Origin: Azolla caroliniana
Lineage: Eukaryota; Plantae; Polypodiophyta
Reading direction: 5' to 3'
Length of the DNA: 64,000 nucleotides
Assembly: GCA_043228905.1 (NCBI GenBank)
Contig: JBHGNT010000022.1
Coordinates: forward strand, 3,596,001 to 3,660,000
Shown: piece by piece, positions 1 through 12,939 of the stretch
How positions within the stretch are numbered: position 1 is the first letter of the stretch
How the letters are laid out: each line of letters opens with the position of its first letter
Notes under the pieces: generated by a model
The model's database searches: none
Told to the model about the DNA's origin: nothing
What the model saw: the letters and a program-made list of their open reading frames with translations, nothing else
Position numbers and translations under genes: made by a program

Positions 1-1320
1 GAGAAATCAAAATCATGAACATTAAAATAGGAAGCGTTTTTCCTACAAAGAAGCTAGATCGAACAAACTTCGCATCTTGGGAGTACAAGATGCATCAATA
101 GCTTGTAGGACAAGGCTAGTGGAGGTATATTGAAGGTGCCCATGGAACGCAATCCAACCCAACACACGCCGACTACCCAACTTGGGAGCATGCATCGAGC
201 CGTGTGTTGTACTGTCGTGCATCATGCGATCATCATCACATGCTCGTCTATATTCGAGAGTCGAAAACGGTGAAAGAGGCGAGGGGCAACCTCAAGAAGA
301 TTTTTGTAGCCAACACGGTTGCACGTAAGCTCCAACTCTGACAAGAGCTAAATAGTATTCAACAAAGGGACATGTGAATCAGCACCTACACCTTGAAGAT
401 CAAGGAGTTGTGTGATTCGCTCGGGTCGATTAATGTCGTTCTCGACGATGACAAAATGGTGCAAATATGCCTCAGAGGCATGGCACCTCGATTCAACACA
501 ATAAGGTTGGTCGTTCTCGCGAGAGAGAATTCTCCCTCCTTCTTCGATCTTCAGTCAATATTGTTGGTCGAAGAAAATCATATTGGACCAAGGAACAACT
601 CACATAATGGTCAGATGCTCTATTCGAACCTCGAAGGAGGAAGAGGACAAGGTTGAGGAAAAAGAGGCCGATTTGGACGAGGCCAACACAACCAAGAGCA
701 ACCTTGTGAAGAGAACTTCTACTACCAACAAGACGCATCAAACACGCGAGGCGGAGAGTCCGGAAGAAAGGCGAACTAGCCTGCTTGACCAAGCAATCGT
801 AACGGCCCGATCAAATGAGGGTACTATGGAAAACTCGACCACTACAAGGACGAGTGCCAAAAGAAGAAGCGAGACTCTCCTTCGACTAGTCTACAACTCA
901 CGAATTATGCATTAAATTACCACTACGACGATCATATCGGAATGTTCATGATGAGGCACAAAGTGCACTCAATGTGTACAAAAGGCGAAACAAGCACCAC
1001 GCCCTCAAATAATGTATCATTCGTTGACTCAGGAGCATTCAATCATAGGACATCTCATGACGATTGGTTCTGAGAATAATGAAAGCCCAAATGGCTCGGA
1101 AATGTCAAACAGGCAATGACATGACTCATTCAATACGGCATATCGAGAACGTCCCATTCAGAAACAATGTCAAACAAACCTACCTCAAAAACGTCCTACA
1201 TGTCCCAAACATCACGAAAAACCTGGTCTCGGTTGGCCAGTTTGTAAAACAAGGCATGCAAGTACGATTCAACATTGACGGAAGCTTCATTGAGAAAGAC
1301 CATCGAGTTGTAGCTCAATC
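1..1320 (+). mobile_element. Truncated Ty1/copia gag-protease fragment (degenerate)
   Basis: Broken ORFs (KIKELCDSLGSINV..DDKMVQICL, VLHVPNITKNLVSVGQ) are homologous to the gag/protease of the full copia at 56077-61432; breaks into satellite at about 1316. Confidence 0.85.
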
Positions 1321-1565
1321 ATGAATGATCATTTTTGTTTCCTTTATTCAATTCGAAGTTATCACTTTGTATTTGAAAGAAACCCAATCATGATGGATCA
1401 TTTTATATGAGAAGTCGTAAATTTGATCTCAATTATAGCCAATCTTGAAGGATAAGTCTGGATTACAACTTATAATTTTATTCTACATAAGTATAACTAA
1501 TTGACAACTATCTCGCCTTAATATGCCCAAGCATACATACTTTTGATTTAAAGTTTAGTCGTTGT

Positions 1566-2205
1566 TGTGAAAGTGTTTTTAGAATTCAAGGTATTGAAGT
1601 CTACAAGAATATAAGGTATGGTGCGTTCACATCCGGAGGGCAAGATCACGAGCTAAGGTCTTGAGGATAAGTCAAACAAAAAGCAAGTCACGTGGAGAAA
1701 AGTAAAAGAAGAAAAAAGTGGGCACCAAAATGCAGTCTACAACGAATGCTCATAACTCTCTCGTTTGACACCCAAATATCACGTGTAAATATGGGTTAGA
1801 AAGCTTATAACGAGAGCTATCCGTAGCTTTTTAAAACTCTAAATTTGGAGCATGGATGAGGGAGATATGACGATTAGAAGATCATTGTGTCATAGCTAAG
1901 AATAGGAGATGGAAAAGCTCTAAAAAAGCGTGGAAAAGAAAGCAAGCGAAACTTATCTACTAGGGGAGAACTTCATATAAAGCAAGAAGAGTGAGGTGGT
2001 GAGGAAGAGCCTTTTTCTTGTGGGGTTTTTCTTGCCTATTCATGTAGTGCGTTTTTTCTAGTGATCAATTCATCCTTGTAGGCTTGAGTTTATGTATCTT
2101 CTTTCTCTTGTTTCTATGATCATCACTCCTTATTAATATATCTTTGTAGATTTGGGTTTTCTATATCTTCCTTCTCTCTCTTTTCTATCATCATCTCTCT
2201 TTTCA
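1566..2205 (+). mobile_element. Solo LTR (640 bp) inserted in satellite
   Basis: TG...CA ends flanked by 5-bp TSD GTTGT (1561-1565 and 2206-2210); removing it restores the satellite motif tagtcgttgtcaacaa; TATA-like catataaag at about 1975. Confidence 0.75.
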
Positions 2206-2285
2206 GTTGTCAACAATATTTATTGCTATTCGATCGGTGAAGTCGTTAGAGAGCTTTAGAAGTACTAATAAAGACCAATTCATTG

Positions 2286-2354
2286 TGGCGAATGGAGGTT
2301 TCGAACTTGCGACCTTCGCGTTATTAACGTGACACTCTAACCAACTGAGCTAAT
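2286..2354 (-). pseudogene. tRNA-Ile(AAT) pseudogene, 5' acceptor strand lost
   Basis: Degenerate match to the repeat tRNA consensus; the 5' end is replaced. Confidence 0.8.
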
Positions 2355-2825
2355 CTGTACTACACCGTTGTGTTCGTAGTAAATATGAAGAAGTGTGACA
2401 TGGCAAACCATATTTACATATTATAGCAATGTGTCCGATGTCTATTTTATATATTAAGCCTACACATACAATGTTTCATTTTCACCTTTTTTCAGTATAT
2501 GAAAATGTTATATACTCGTGCAACATGAATGAATAAATAAATCTTTTCCAAACTAGTTGTAGAGGTGTTGTATTTCAGTTTCCTATTCCTAATTATCATT
2601 TTATCATTAACGTGTAACTATAGTCTCTAATGATCGTTTTGTTTTAGAAGTTATCATTTTATCCTAAAGAATTATACCCAACCAAGAATGATGGATTTGG
2701 ACTAAAAGTTATGATTTTATCCTAAGGGTATATACTAAAATGTGAATGTTCACGACTTAATATCGCTAAGTAGCTTACCTTGTGTTTTTAATTTTCCTAT
2801 TTGATGTAAACCCAATCACGAATGA

Positions 2826-5800
2826 TTAGACATAGACAAGAGAGTGGAGAGAGGGTGGTGAAACGTGAAAAGTAAGAGAGAGAAAGGGGAGAGAGAGTGA
2901 AGAGGCAAGAGTAACTAAAATGTAAGAGAGAGGTAAGGAGAGTATTATGTGAAGAAAGAGGAGGGATTTAAAAAGAGAGAAGAGACTAGAGGCTAAGGTA
3001 AGGTAAATGAAAGTGAGATATGGGTGAGGGTAATAAAGGTAGACAGAAGGGAGGGGTATGAATGAAAATAAGAGAATGTAAGAGAAGATTAAAAGGAAAC
3101 ATAAAGTAAATTTGGGAAGCATAGGATTGGAAAAACAATTAGAGGGGGGCGAGGAATACTAAAACAGAAATTAGAATCAAATTGAAGGGGCCAAAAATAA
3201 AAAAGGCTAGAAAGTAAGAAAAACTCAAGGAACTAATGGAGATGGTTAGGGAGAAGAGAAAAGGGAGGGGTACAAATGAAAATAAGATAAAGTAAGAGAA
3301 AATAAAATGAAAAATAGAAAGGTGTAGAAAGACTACAAAGAAAATGGAGGGACTTCAAAAGGATTTAGAGAAAGGACAAGGAGAGGTAAGGTAAAGTGAC
3401 ACATGGACGAGGGCAAACAAATGAGAACATGGGCGAGGGTAGCATATTGAAAAAGGAATATGAAAATGAAAGGGTATATTTTAATAAGAAAAACGTAGAG
3501 GGGGCAAGGGAAAAAGGGAAAAAAATTAAAAAACTAACATAAAGAAGGAAGAGAGAAGGAAAAGGAAGGGGGAACAAGAAATAACAAAAATTAAGTTAAA
3601 GGGTGTGAGAATAAAAAGGGTTAGAAATTAAAAAGTAAAGGAACAAATGGGGAGGGGTAGGGAAAGAAATATGAGAAAGTAGGCAAGGGGTATGGATAAA
3701 AATATGAGAAAGGAATAGAAGATAAATAGGGAAATTAGGGAGGGTAGGGTTCAAAAATAGGAGAAGATAGGGTAGGGGAAGAGTTAAAATTAGGAGAAAT
3801 TGGTGGAGGGGGGTTGTTACCCGTAAAAATATACGGGGAGGCATAAGGTTATGTGTAATGATGTGGTTGATGTGTATATGTGTAAAGTAAATGAGTGTGT
3901 GTATGGACACATGCACAATTAGGTGCATGTGTACGAGAATGTGTAACGGTTTTTTTTTGTAATGGTCATGTAACCGTTTCATTGGATGTATTATATAAAC
4001 CCCCTATGGGGTATGTAATGCGATATATACAATTTTCCCCTCTCACATTTGTGTCATTTCCTATTTGTCTCTCTCTCTTGCTCCCTCTCGAACATAACCC
4101 CCTTGGGAAGGGGGTGAAGCCATTTTAGGTTTCACCCCCCCACCCAACAACACTTTTGGTACGCTTGACCGACCGACCGACCTCCCTTTAGAAGAAGTCA
4201 CTCCCTCACTCCCCGTCCCCATCACTAATTTCTCTCCTCAATCTCTCTACCTAAAACCCTAGACACCCCAACCTTCATCTCTATGTCCATCCATCTCTCT
4301 CATTTTGTGAATTTGCGTTGTGTTTGTGTTGTGCATGTGTCTGTTTGTGTCCACTTCCAAATGATGAAGGGCGAAGAAGAGGAGGAAAGTGAAACGGTTC
4401 TCCACAGAGAAGGGAAGGAAACGCTTCGGCATATGTGAGGTCTGCTAGCCGACTGTTCGCAGGAGGTCTGCTACCCGACTGTTCGCAGACTCCGTTGTAG
4501 AGAACAGAGATTCACGACTCTCTAAAATAGAACAAAGTAGAGAAGAATGAACGAAGCCATGGCTAAGCCTACGTTCCAATGTACTCGAAATAAAGAGGTC
4601 GTTTGAGGAGTAGGTTGCCGTCATCGTTGCCGTCGCTGTAATTGTCGTCGTCGCCACCGCCACCGCCACCGCCACTGCCACTGCAATCATTTCCACCTCC
4701 AAGAGCGTTGCTGCCGCAATCAATGTCGCCACTGCCGCAATCATTACCGCCACCGCCGCCATCGTTGCCACTATCGCCGCGCCGTTGCCGCCGCCGCAAT
4801 CCGCTAGAAGTGAAAGGCGAGAATATAAATGGAAGCAAGAAGAGAGGGGCATTCAAAAAAAAAACATAAGGACAGAGAAGATAAAATTTTAAAAGCTCAA
4901 GGGCATGAGATGAAATTTCAAAAGCTAAAGAGCATGACATGAGATTTCAAAATTTGGAGGCCAAAATGCAGAATTTCGAAAACACAAGGGCCAAATATAA
5001 AATTTCAAAAAATTTGAGGGTAAAATAATTTAAAGACCAAAGGGTAAAAAATATAAAACTCACTTCAGATGATGGAAAAAAGAATACACAAATGCACAAC
5101 ACGATTTCACGATCCATGCCACATTGTACTGATGATGTGGTTATGTGTAATGATGTGGTTGATGTGTATGTGTAGAGTAAATGAGTGTGTGAGGATGAGT
5201 GTGTCTATGGACACATGCACAATTATGTGCATGTGTACAAGAATGTGTAACGGTCTTATTTATAACGGTCATGTAACCGTTATATTGGATGTATTATATA
5301 AACCCCCTATGGGGTATGTAATGAGATATACAATTTTCCCCTCTCATATTTGTGTCATTTCCTATTTGTCTCTCTCTCTAGCTCTCTCCATATTGTAACT
5401 CCCTTGGGAGGGGGGTGAAGCCATTCTAGGAGTCTTCACTCCGCACCCCGACAACAGGGGTAGGTTATGATGCATTAACAAGAGGTGTATGTGTACGTTA
5501 TAACTAGCTTAACATCGCGATTTAAGATACAAAATGAAAAATGAAGTGAAGAAGGTACATAACGCTACATAACGCTTAGTGGGGGCACTCGACACGGACG
5601 AAGGATCAACGAATGACGATGTGACCTCGATGTGGGTGCCTATCCCCGTTATGTAGACCTCCATATTAAATAAGTTCCTCTTCATGTATTTTTGTTGACC
5701 TTACGGCCGGTACAAGGAGTGCGGAACGGGGAAATCATTGGTGGGTTGTAGATATAAGTCAAGAGGGAGACGAGCCCACCAAGATGCATTTGAGCGCATC

Positions 5801-5875
5801 CAAATCGTAGACAAAGCTTGGTGTAGGCGACGATTAGAAGAGATAGAGGGAGGGCTGAGGGAGATGAGGGATCAA
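2826..5875. repeat. Unclassified purine-rich repeat (related to 11561-16275)
   Basis: Strongly G/A-skewed; shares ggggcactcgacacg...gtgggtgcctatccc and aaggagtgcggaa..atcattggtggg motifs with 12866-12939 and 16009-16270. Confidence 0.5.
3815..5456 (+). mobile_element. Degenerate non-autonomous LTR element (TRIM-like, about 1.6 kb)
   Basis: TGTTAC...CAACA ends, TSD GGGGT (3810-3814 and 5457-5461), about 300-bp direct repeats (3847-4152 and about 5138-5456), TGGTACGC just after the first repeat; no pol. Confidence 0.65.
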
Positions 5876-5983
5876 AACATCATGAAAAACCTGTTCTTGG
5901 TTGGGCAATTTGTCGAACAAGGCATGCAAGTACGATTGAACATTGACAGACGCTTCATTGAGAAAGACCATCGAGTCGTAGCT

Positions 5984-7150
5984 CAATCATGAATGATCAT
6001 TTTTCTTTTCAAAGTTATTAATTTATTCCCAAGAATTATACGCAATCATGAATGATCATTTTTGCTTTCTTTATTCAATTCGAAGTTATCACTTTGTACT
6101 CGAAGGAAACCCAATCATGATGGATCATTTTATATTAGAAGTCATAAATTTCATCTCAATATTAGCCAATCTTGAAGGACAAGTCTAGATTACAACTTAT
6201 AATTTTATTCTACATAAGTATAACCAATTGACAGTAATCTTGCCTTAATATGCCGATGCATACATACTTTTGATTAAAAATTTTCTAGTCGTTAGAGAGC
6301 TTCGGAATTAATGAAGAAAACCAATTTATTGTGGCCAATGGAGGTTTGGAACCTGCGACCTTCACGTTATTAGTATAACGCTCTCACCAACTAAGCTAAT
6401 TGCCCATGTCTAGTTTATATATTGCCAACCCTACACATACAATGTTTCCTTTTCACATTTCAGAAGTATACGAAAACGTTATATGCTTGTGCAACATTAC
6501 GGAATAAATAAATCTTTTTCAAACTTGTTGTAGAGGTTTCCTGCTTGTGTTTCCTATTCCTAATTATCATTTTATCCTCAATGTGTACATGTCGTCCATA
6601 ATCATCGTTTTGTATTAGAAGTTATCATTTTATCCTAAAGAAGTATACACCCAACGAAGAATAATTGATTTGGATTAAAAGTTATGATTTTATTGTCATT
6701 TTATAATACCCAATCGTGAATGTTCAGGACCTAATATGGCTAAGTAGCTTACTGTTTGTTTTTAATTTTTCTCTTTGAAGTAAACCCAATCACGAATGAT
6801 CATTTTGATCTATGAGTGATCAATTTAGTCTCAAGAAATTTGCCCAATAATGAATGATCATTTTTTTTTCCGAAGTTATCAATTTATTCTGAAGAACTAT
6901 ACCCAATCATGAATGATCATTTTATATGAGAAGCTAATGGAAGCATAGATACTTTTGTTTTAAAATTTTCTAGTCTTTGTCAATAGACTTTATGGCTATT
7001 CGAATGGTGAAGTTGTTAGAGAGCTTGGGAAGTACTGAAAAACACTAGTTCATTGTGACCAATGGAGGTTTCAAACCTGCGACCTTCGCGTGATTATCAT
7101 TTCCAAATAAATCATTTCCAAACTTGTTGTAGAGGTTTCTTGTTTGTGTT
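5984..7150 (-). repeat. tRNA-Ile macrosatellite block 2
   Basis: Unit motifs plus tRNA copies at 6332-6405 and partial 7056-7097. Confidence 0.9.
6332..6405 (-). pseudogene. tRNA-Ile(AAT) pseudogene
   Basis: 74-nt match to consensus; B-box mutated (TTCCAA) and stem mismatches. Confidence 0.8.
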
Positions 7151-7152
7151 TG

Positions 7153-9122
7153 GACACACCATGCTCGTTTGATTAAATTGTTGAAAGGGCATTTGCCCTA
7201 GAGTAGTTGGTATTGAAACCAACCCTTTGTAACTTAGTTGTTGTTGGAAGGAATATACTGTTTCTTGTTCGATCTCTCTCTCTCTCTCTTGATTCTTTAC
7301 ATGGTATCAGAGGGTGTGGTTATCTAATCAAACTCGCTCAATTGTGTTATGATCAGAACACCAACGATCATCAGAACTGGTTCAAGCAACAGAGGAGAAA
7401 TCGAAATAATGAACATTAAGATGGGAAGCGCTTTTCCTACAAAGAAGCTAGATCGAACAAACTTCGCATCTTGGGAGTACAAGATGCATCAATAGCTTGT
7501 CGGATAAGGCTACTGAAGGTATATTGAAGGTGCCCATGGAACACAATCCAACCCAACACACGCCGACTACCCAACTTGGGAGCATGCAACGAGTTGTGTG
7601 TTGTACTGCCTTGCATCATGCGATCATCATCACATACTCGTCTACATTTGAGAGTCGAAAATTCTGAAAGAGGCGTGGGGCAATCTCAAGAAGATTTTCG
7701 CATAAGCGCCAATTCCGACAGGAGCTAAATAGTATTCAACAGAGGGACATGTAAATTAGCACCTACACCTTGAAGATCAAGGAGCTGTGCGATGCGCTCA
7801 GGTTGATTAATGTCGTCATCAACGATGACAAAATGGTGCAAATATGCCTGGGAGGCTTGGCAGCTCGATTCAACGCAATAAGGTCAGTCATTTTCACGAG
7901 AGAGAATTCTCCCTCCTTCTTCAATCTCCATTCGATATTGTTGGTCGAAGAAAATCATGTTCGACAAAGGAACCACTCACATGATCTATTCGAACCTCGA
8001 AGGAGGAAGTGTCACGGACACACCAAGCGCGAACTAAGATGGAGCATGGATGATGAGGCTATGATGGAGCGATGACGCGAGGAGCTTAAGATGGGGAATG
8101 ATACAAGAGCATAAAGATAGAGATGAAGATGAAGGAGAGAGGATGGGCGAAATGGGAATACTAGATTGATATGTCCATGATTGGCGTTGTTCACCTTGAA
8201 TTCCTTCAAGGTGAACTCAACTATTTATACTAAGTGGCATGCATACCTGTTACACGCATGTAGGCAATAGGTACGCATGCATGTGCCAAGTGTAAATAAT
8301 ACAAGGGAGAAATTATGCACATGATGCTAGCAAAAACCGACAATGAGGAAGTATATACATGATTATATGCTAGATGTGTGGTTAACACATAACACTCGAT
8401 TATAACATGGTCATGTCAAGAGTTCGAATCTTGACAGGAAGAGGACAAGGTCAAGGAAATAGAGGCCAATTTGGACGAGGCCAATACAACCAAGAGCAAT
8501 CCCGTGAACACAACTTCTACTACCAACAAGACGCGTCAAACACTTGAGGTGGAGTGGAGCGTTCAGAAGAAGGGGGAACCAACCTACCTGACCAAGCAAT
8601 CGTAACAACCCGATCGAATGTGGGTACTGCGGAATACTCAGCTACTACAAAGAGGAGTGCCGAAAGAAGAAACGAGACTCCTCTTTGACCAGTCCACAAC
8701 TCACGAAGTATGCATCGAATTACGACTACCACGATCGTAGCGGAATGTTCATGATGAGGCACAAAACGCACTAAATGGCGACACAAGGTGAAACAAGCAC
8801 CACGCCCTCAGATAATGTATCTTTCATTGACTTGGGAGCATCCAATCATATGACATCTCATGACGATTGGTTCCGAGAATTATGAAAGCCAGAACGCCCC
8901 AGAAATGTCGAAACAGGCAATGACATGACTCATTCAATACGGCATATCGGGAACGTTCCATTCGGAAACTATGACAAACAAACCTACCTAAAAAATGTCC
9001 TCCACGCCCCAAACATCATGAAAAACCTGGTCTCGGTTGGCCAATTTGTCGAACAAGGCATGCAAGTACAATTCAACATTTACGAAAGCTTCATTGAGAA
9101 AGACCATCGAGTCGTAGCTCAA
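7153..9122 (+). mobile_element. Truncated Ty1/copia: LTR 3' end, PBS, gag, protease
   Basis: LTR end gattctttaCA (7301), PBS TGGTATCAGAG (7302-7312, tRNA-iMet), gag with degenerate zinc knuckle (CGYCGILSYYKEEC); ends at the same satellite breakpoint as the copy at 1-1320. Confidence 0.85.
8010..8436 (-). mobile_element. Solo LTR (427 bp, gypsy-type) nested in copia gag
   Basis: TGTCA...TGACA ends, perfect TSD GGAAG (8005-8009 and 8437-8441); absent from the homologous copy at about 640; minus-strand TATA at about 8222. Confidence 0.9.
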
Positions 9123-11560
9123 TCATGAATGATCATTTTTCTTTTCAAAGTTATTAATTTATTCCGAAGAATTTTATACGCAATCATGAATGATCATTTT
9201 TGTTTCCTTTATTCAATTTGAAGTTATCACTTTGTATTCAAAGGAAACCCAATCATGATGGATCGTTTTATATGAGACGTCATAAATTTCATCTCAAATT
9301 TAGCCAATCTTGAAGGATAAGTCTGGATTACAACTTATAATTTTATTCCACATAAGTATAACCAATTGACAATAATGTCACCTTAATATGTTGAAGCATA
9401 CATACTTCTTAATATCGCTAAGTAGCTTAGCTTGTGTTTTTAATTTTTCTATTTGAAGTAAACCCAATCACGAATAATTATTTTGATCTATAAGTGATCA
9501 ATTTATTCTCAAGAAATATGCCCAATCATGAATGATCTTTTTTTTTCTCGAAGTTATTAATTTACTCTCAAGAAGTATACGCAATCATGAATGATAATTT
9601 TGGTTTCCTTTATTCAATTGAAAGTTATCCCTTTGTATTCGAAGGAAACCTAATCATGCATGATCATTTTATATGAGAAGTTATAAATTTCATCTCAATT
9701 TTTTCTAGTCGTTGTCAACAAACTTTATGGCTATTCAAATGGTGAATTCGTTAAAGAGCTCAAGAAGTACTGACGACGACCAATTCATTGTGGCCAACAG
9801 AGGTTTCGAACCTACGACCTTCATGTTATTAACCCTAGACTCTAACTAACTAAGCTAATTGGCCATGTCTAGTTTACATATTGCAAACCCTGCACAAACA
9901 ATGTTTCCTTTAAACATTTTGAATGTATACGAAAACGTTATATACTCGTGCGACATGAGGGAATAAGTAAACCTTTTCCAAACTTGTTGTAGAGGTTTCA
10001 TGGTTGTGTTTCCTATTCCTAATTATCATTTTGTCGTCAACGTGTAGACGTCGTCCCTAATCATCATTTTGTTTTAGAAGTTATCATTTTATCCTAAAGA
10101 AGTATAGACCCAATCAAGAATGATTGATTTGGGCTAAAAGTTATAATTGTATCCTCATGATATAATACCCAATCGTGAATGTTCACGTCTTAATATGGCT
10201 AAGTAGTTTACCGTTTGTTTTTAATTTTTCTATTTGAAGTAAACCCAATCACAAACGATCATTTTCATCTATAAGTGATTAATTTATTCTCAAGAAATTT
10301 GCCCAATCATGAATGATTATTTTGTTTTCCTTTATTCAATTCGAAGTTATCAATTTGTATTCCAAGAAAACCCAATCATGAATGATCATTTTATATGAGA
10401 AGCTAGCGTGCGACCTTCCGTTTATTGGCACGACACTCTAACCAACTGAGCTAATTGCCCATGACTGTTTTATATATTGCCAAGCCTACATATACAATGT
10501 TTCCTTTTCATATTTTGAAAGTATATGAAAACATTATATACTTGTGCGACATGAATGAATAAATAAATATTTTCCAAACTTGTTTTAGAGGTTTCCTAGT
10601 TGTGTTTTCTATTCCTAATTATCATTTTACCTAGAATGTGTAGACGTCATCTGTAATGATTATTTTGTTTTAGAAGTTATCATTTTAGCGTAAAGAACTA
10701 TACCCAATCAAGAATGATCGCTTTGGACTAATAGTTATCATTTTATCCTCAGGATATATACCCAATCGTGAATGTTCACAACTTAATATGGCTTAGCTTA
10801 CCTTTTGTTTTTAAAATCACAACATTTAGTCAATGGGGGTTTCGAACCTGCGACTTTCGAATCATAAGTGATCAATTTATTGTCAAGAAATATACCGAAT
10901 CATGAATGATCATTCTTTTCGAAGTTATCAATTTATTCTCAAGAGGTATACCCAATCATTTTGTTGAGGTTTCCTGTTTGTGTTTGCTATTCCTAATTAT
11001 CATTTTCTCCTGAACGTGTAGACGTCAGGATATACCCAATCAAGAATGCTCGATTTAGGCTAAAAGTTATGATTTTATCATCGGGATATATACCCAATTG
11101 TGAATGTTCACGACTTAATATGGCTAAGTACCTTACCTTTTGTTTTCAAAATCATAATTGTTAGTCAATGGAGGTTTCGAAGTTGTGAATTTCGAATCAT
11201 AAGTGAATAATTTATTCTCAAGAAATATGCCGAATCATGAATGATCATTTTTCTTTTCGAAGTTATCAATTTATTCTCAAGAAGTATACCCAATCATGAA
11301 TGATAATTTTGGTTTCCTCTGATAAATTAAACCAAGCCTTTGTAACTTAGTTGTTGTTGCAAGTAATATACAGTTTCTTGTTCGATCTCTCTCTTTCTCT
11401 CTTGGTTCTTTATATCCTCAACATGTAGATGTAGTCTCTAACGATCATTTTGTTTTAGAAGTTACCATTTTATCCTAAAGAAGTATACCCAATCAAGAAT
11501 GATCGACTTGGACTAAAAGTTATGATTTTATCCTCTACATATATACCCAATCGTGAATGT
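9120..11560 (-). repeat. tRNA-Ile macrosatellite block 3 (scrambled)
   Basis: tRNA copy at 9791-9864, partial copies at about 10409-10460, 10830-10858 and 11165-11194; copia LTR scrap at about 11320-11412. Confidence 0.9.
9791..9864 (-). pseudogene. tRNA-Ile(AAT) pseudogene
   Basis: 74-nt degenerate copy with disrupted anticodon stem. Confidence 0.8.
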
Positions 11561-12939
11561 TCTATGTTGACCATACGATCGTATCAAGGAGTGCGGAATG
11601 GTAGATCATTGGTAGGTAGAGCCTAGATGTAAGAGAGGTTTAGGGTTTAGGGGTTTACGAGAGGTGCAGGGATTAGGGATTAGGGTTTAGGGTTGATGAC
11701 CTTGCGGTCATAACAAGGAGTGCGCAAAGGTGGATCATCGGCGGGTAGAGGTAGGGGAAGACGAACACCAACCTCGATTTTAGCGCACCCGAATCAAAGA
11801 CGAGGTAGAGGAAGGGGAGAGGGAGACCACATCACGAGGAATAGGGGGTTAGATAAAAGAGAGGTGTAAGGGGAAGGGATTAACACACCAAATTAAAATA
11901 AAGTGCAAGAGTGCAAGAGAGGGAGAGGGAGAGGGAGGGAAGGAGGTAGATTAAGTCATAATTAAGGCTAGGATTAAAAATAAATTATAAAAATGAGATT
12001 AAAGATATAATTAAAATTTAAAAACGAGGGGTAAGGGGAGGGGAGACAATTAACATACTAAGCCTAAACATAAACAGTAATGCTACTGGCAAACTAGTTT
12101 TGCCCCTAACCGCTCATTAGTGCCATAAGACCATGAGTGGATTTGAGGGGGTTTATATAAGGTTTAGGAGGGAGGGGTAAGGTCGATGGTGGAGAGGGCT
12201 CAAATTAGGGAGTGGGGGTTGAGGGTGTGCTATGTGCACATGTGCACTTAAGAAAGGAAAGGGTAGTGGGTTTTAATGTGGTAATGGTATATAAGAAAAG
12301 GAAAAGGGAATGGTGATAAGGTGAGTGGTAATGCGTGCAAAAAGGTAGAGAGGGAAAGGGTTAGGCAAAGGGAGAGAGAGAAAAGGTAGGGTGGTAAGGT
12401 AAAAAGGTAAAGGTAGGGGGAGAGGTAAAGGTAGAGGTGTAGATAGGGAGGGGTATAGGGAGGGTTAGGTAAAATGAAGGAGGTGTAGAGGCGTAAATAA
12501 GAAAATTGGAGGGGTAGAGGAAAAAAGGTTAAAGGTGGGATGGGGTAAAAAAACATTTTAAAACAAAGTGGAGGGAGGGGATAGAGGTAAAGGTGAGGGA
12601 GGGGTAGAGGTATGATCATAAGAAAAAAGAAAGGTGAGGGTTTAAAGGGGTAGGAGGGTATTTAAACAAAGGTAAGGGGAAGGGTAGGGTGGTAATTTAG
12701 TAAAAGTGAGGGGAAGGGTAGGGTGGTAATTTTGAAAAGTAGAGGGAAGGGTAAGAGGGTAGTTTTAGAAAAGTAAAGAGTGGGTAGAGTTTTGAAAAGT
12801 TACAAAATGTAGACGGCATTTTTAGTAGCTGATGACACCATTTGCAATGCCATGTAACGTTTTGCAGGGGCACTCGACACGAACGAGGGCTCCGTGGTTG
12901 ATGATGTTATCCCGTTGTGGGTGCCTATCCCTAATACGT

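Larger units (their letters stand above)
1315..2825 (-). repeat. tRNA-Ile macrosatellite block 1 (interrupted by a solo LTR)
   Basis: Same unit motifs as the other blocks (caatcatgaatgatcatttt, ttatcattttatcct, tRNA copy at 2286). Confidence 0.9.

Noticed and set aside
2826-3982. Hydrophobic Leu/Phe/Pro-rich minus-strand ORFs as membrane proteins
   Set aside because: Artefact of translating the pyrimidine-rich strand of purine tracts (same for 12248-12619 and 17478-17857).
4445-4940. Poly-Pro/Gly/Ala ORFs
   Set aside because: Products of a (CCG/CCA)n low-complexity tract inside a decayed element; open in several frames.
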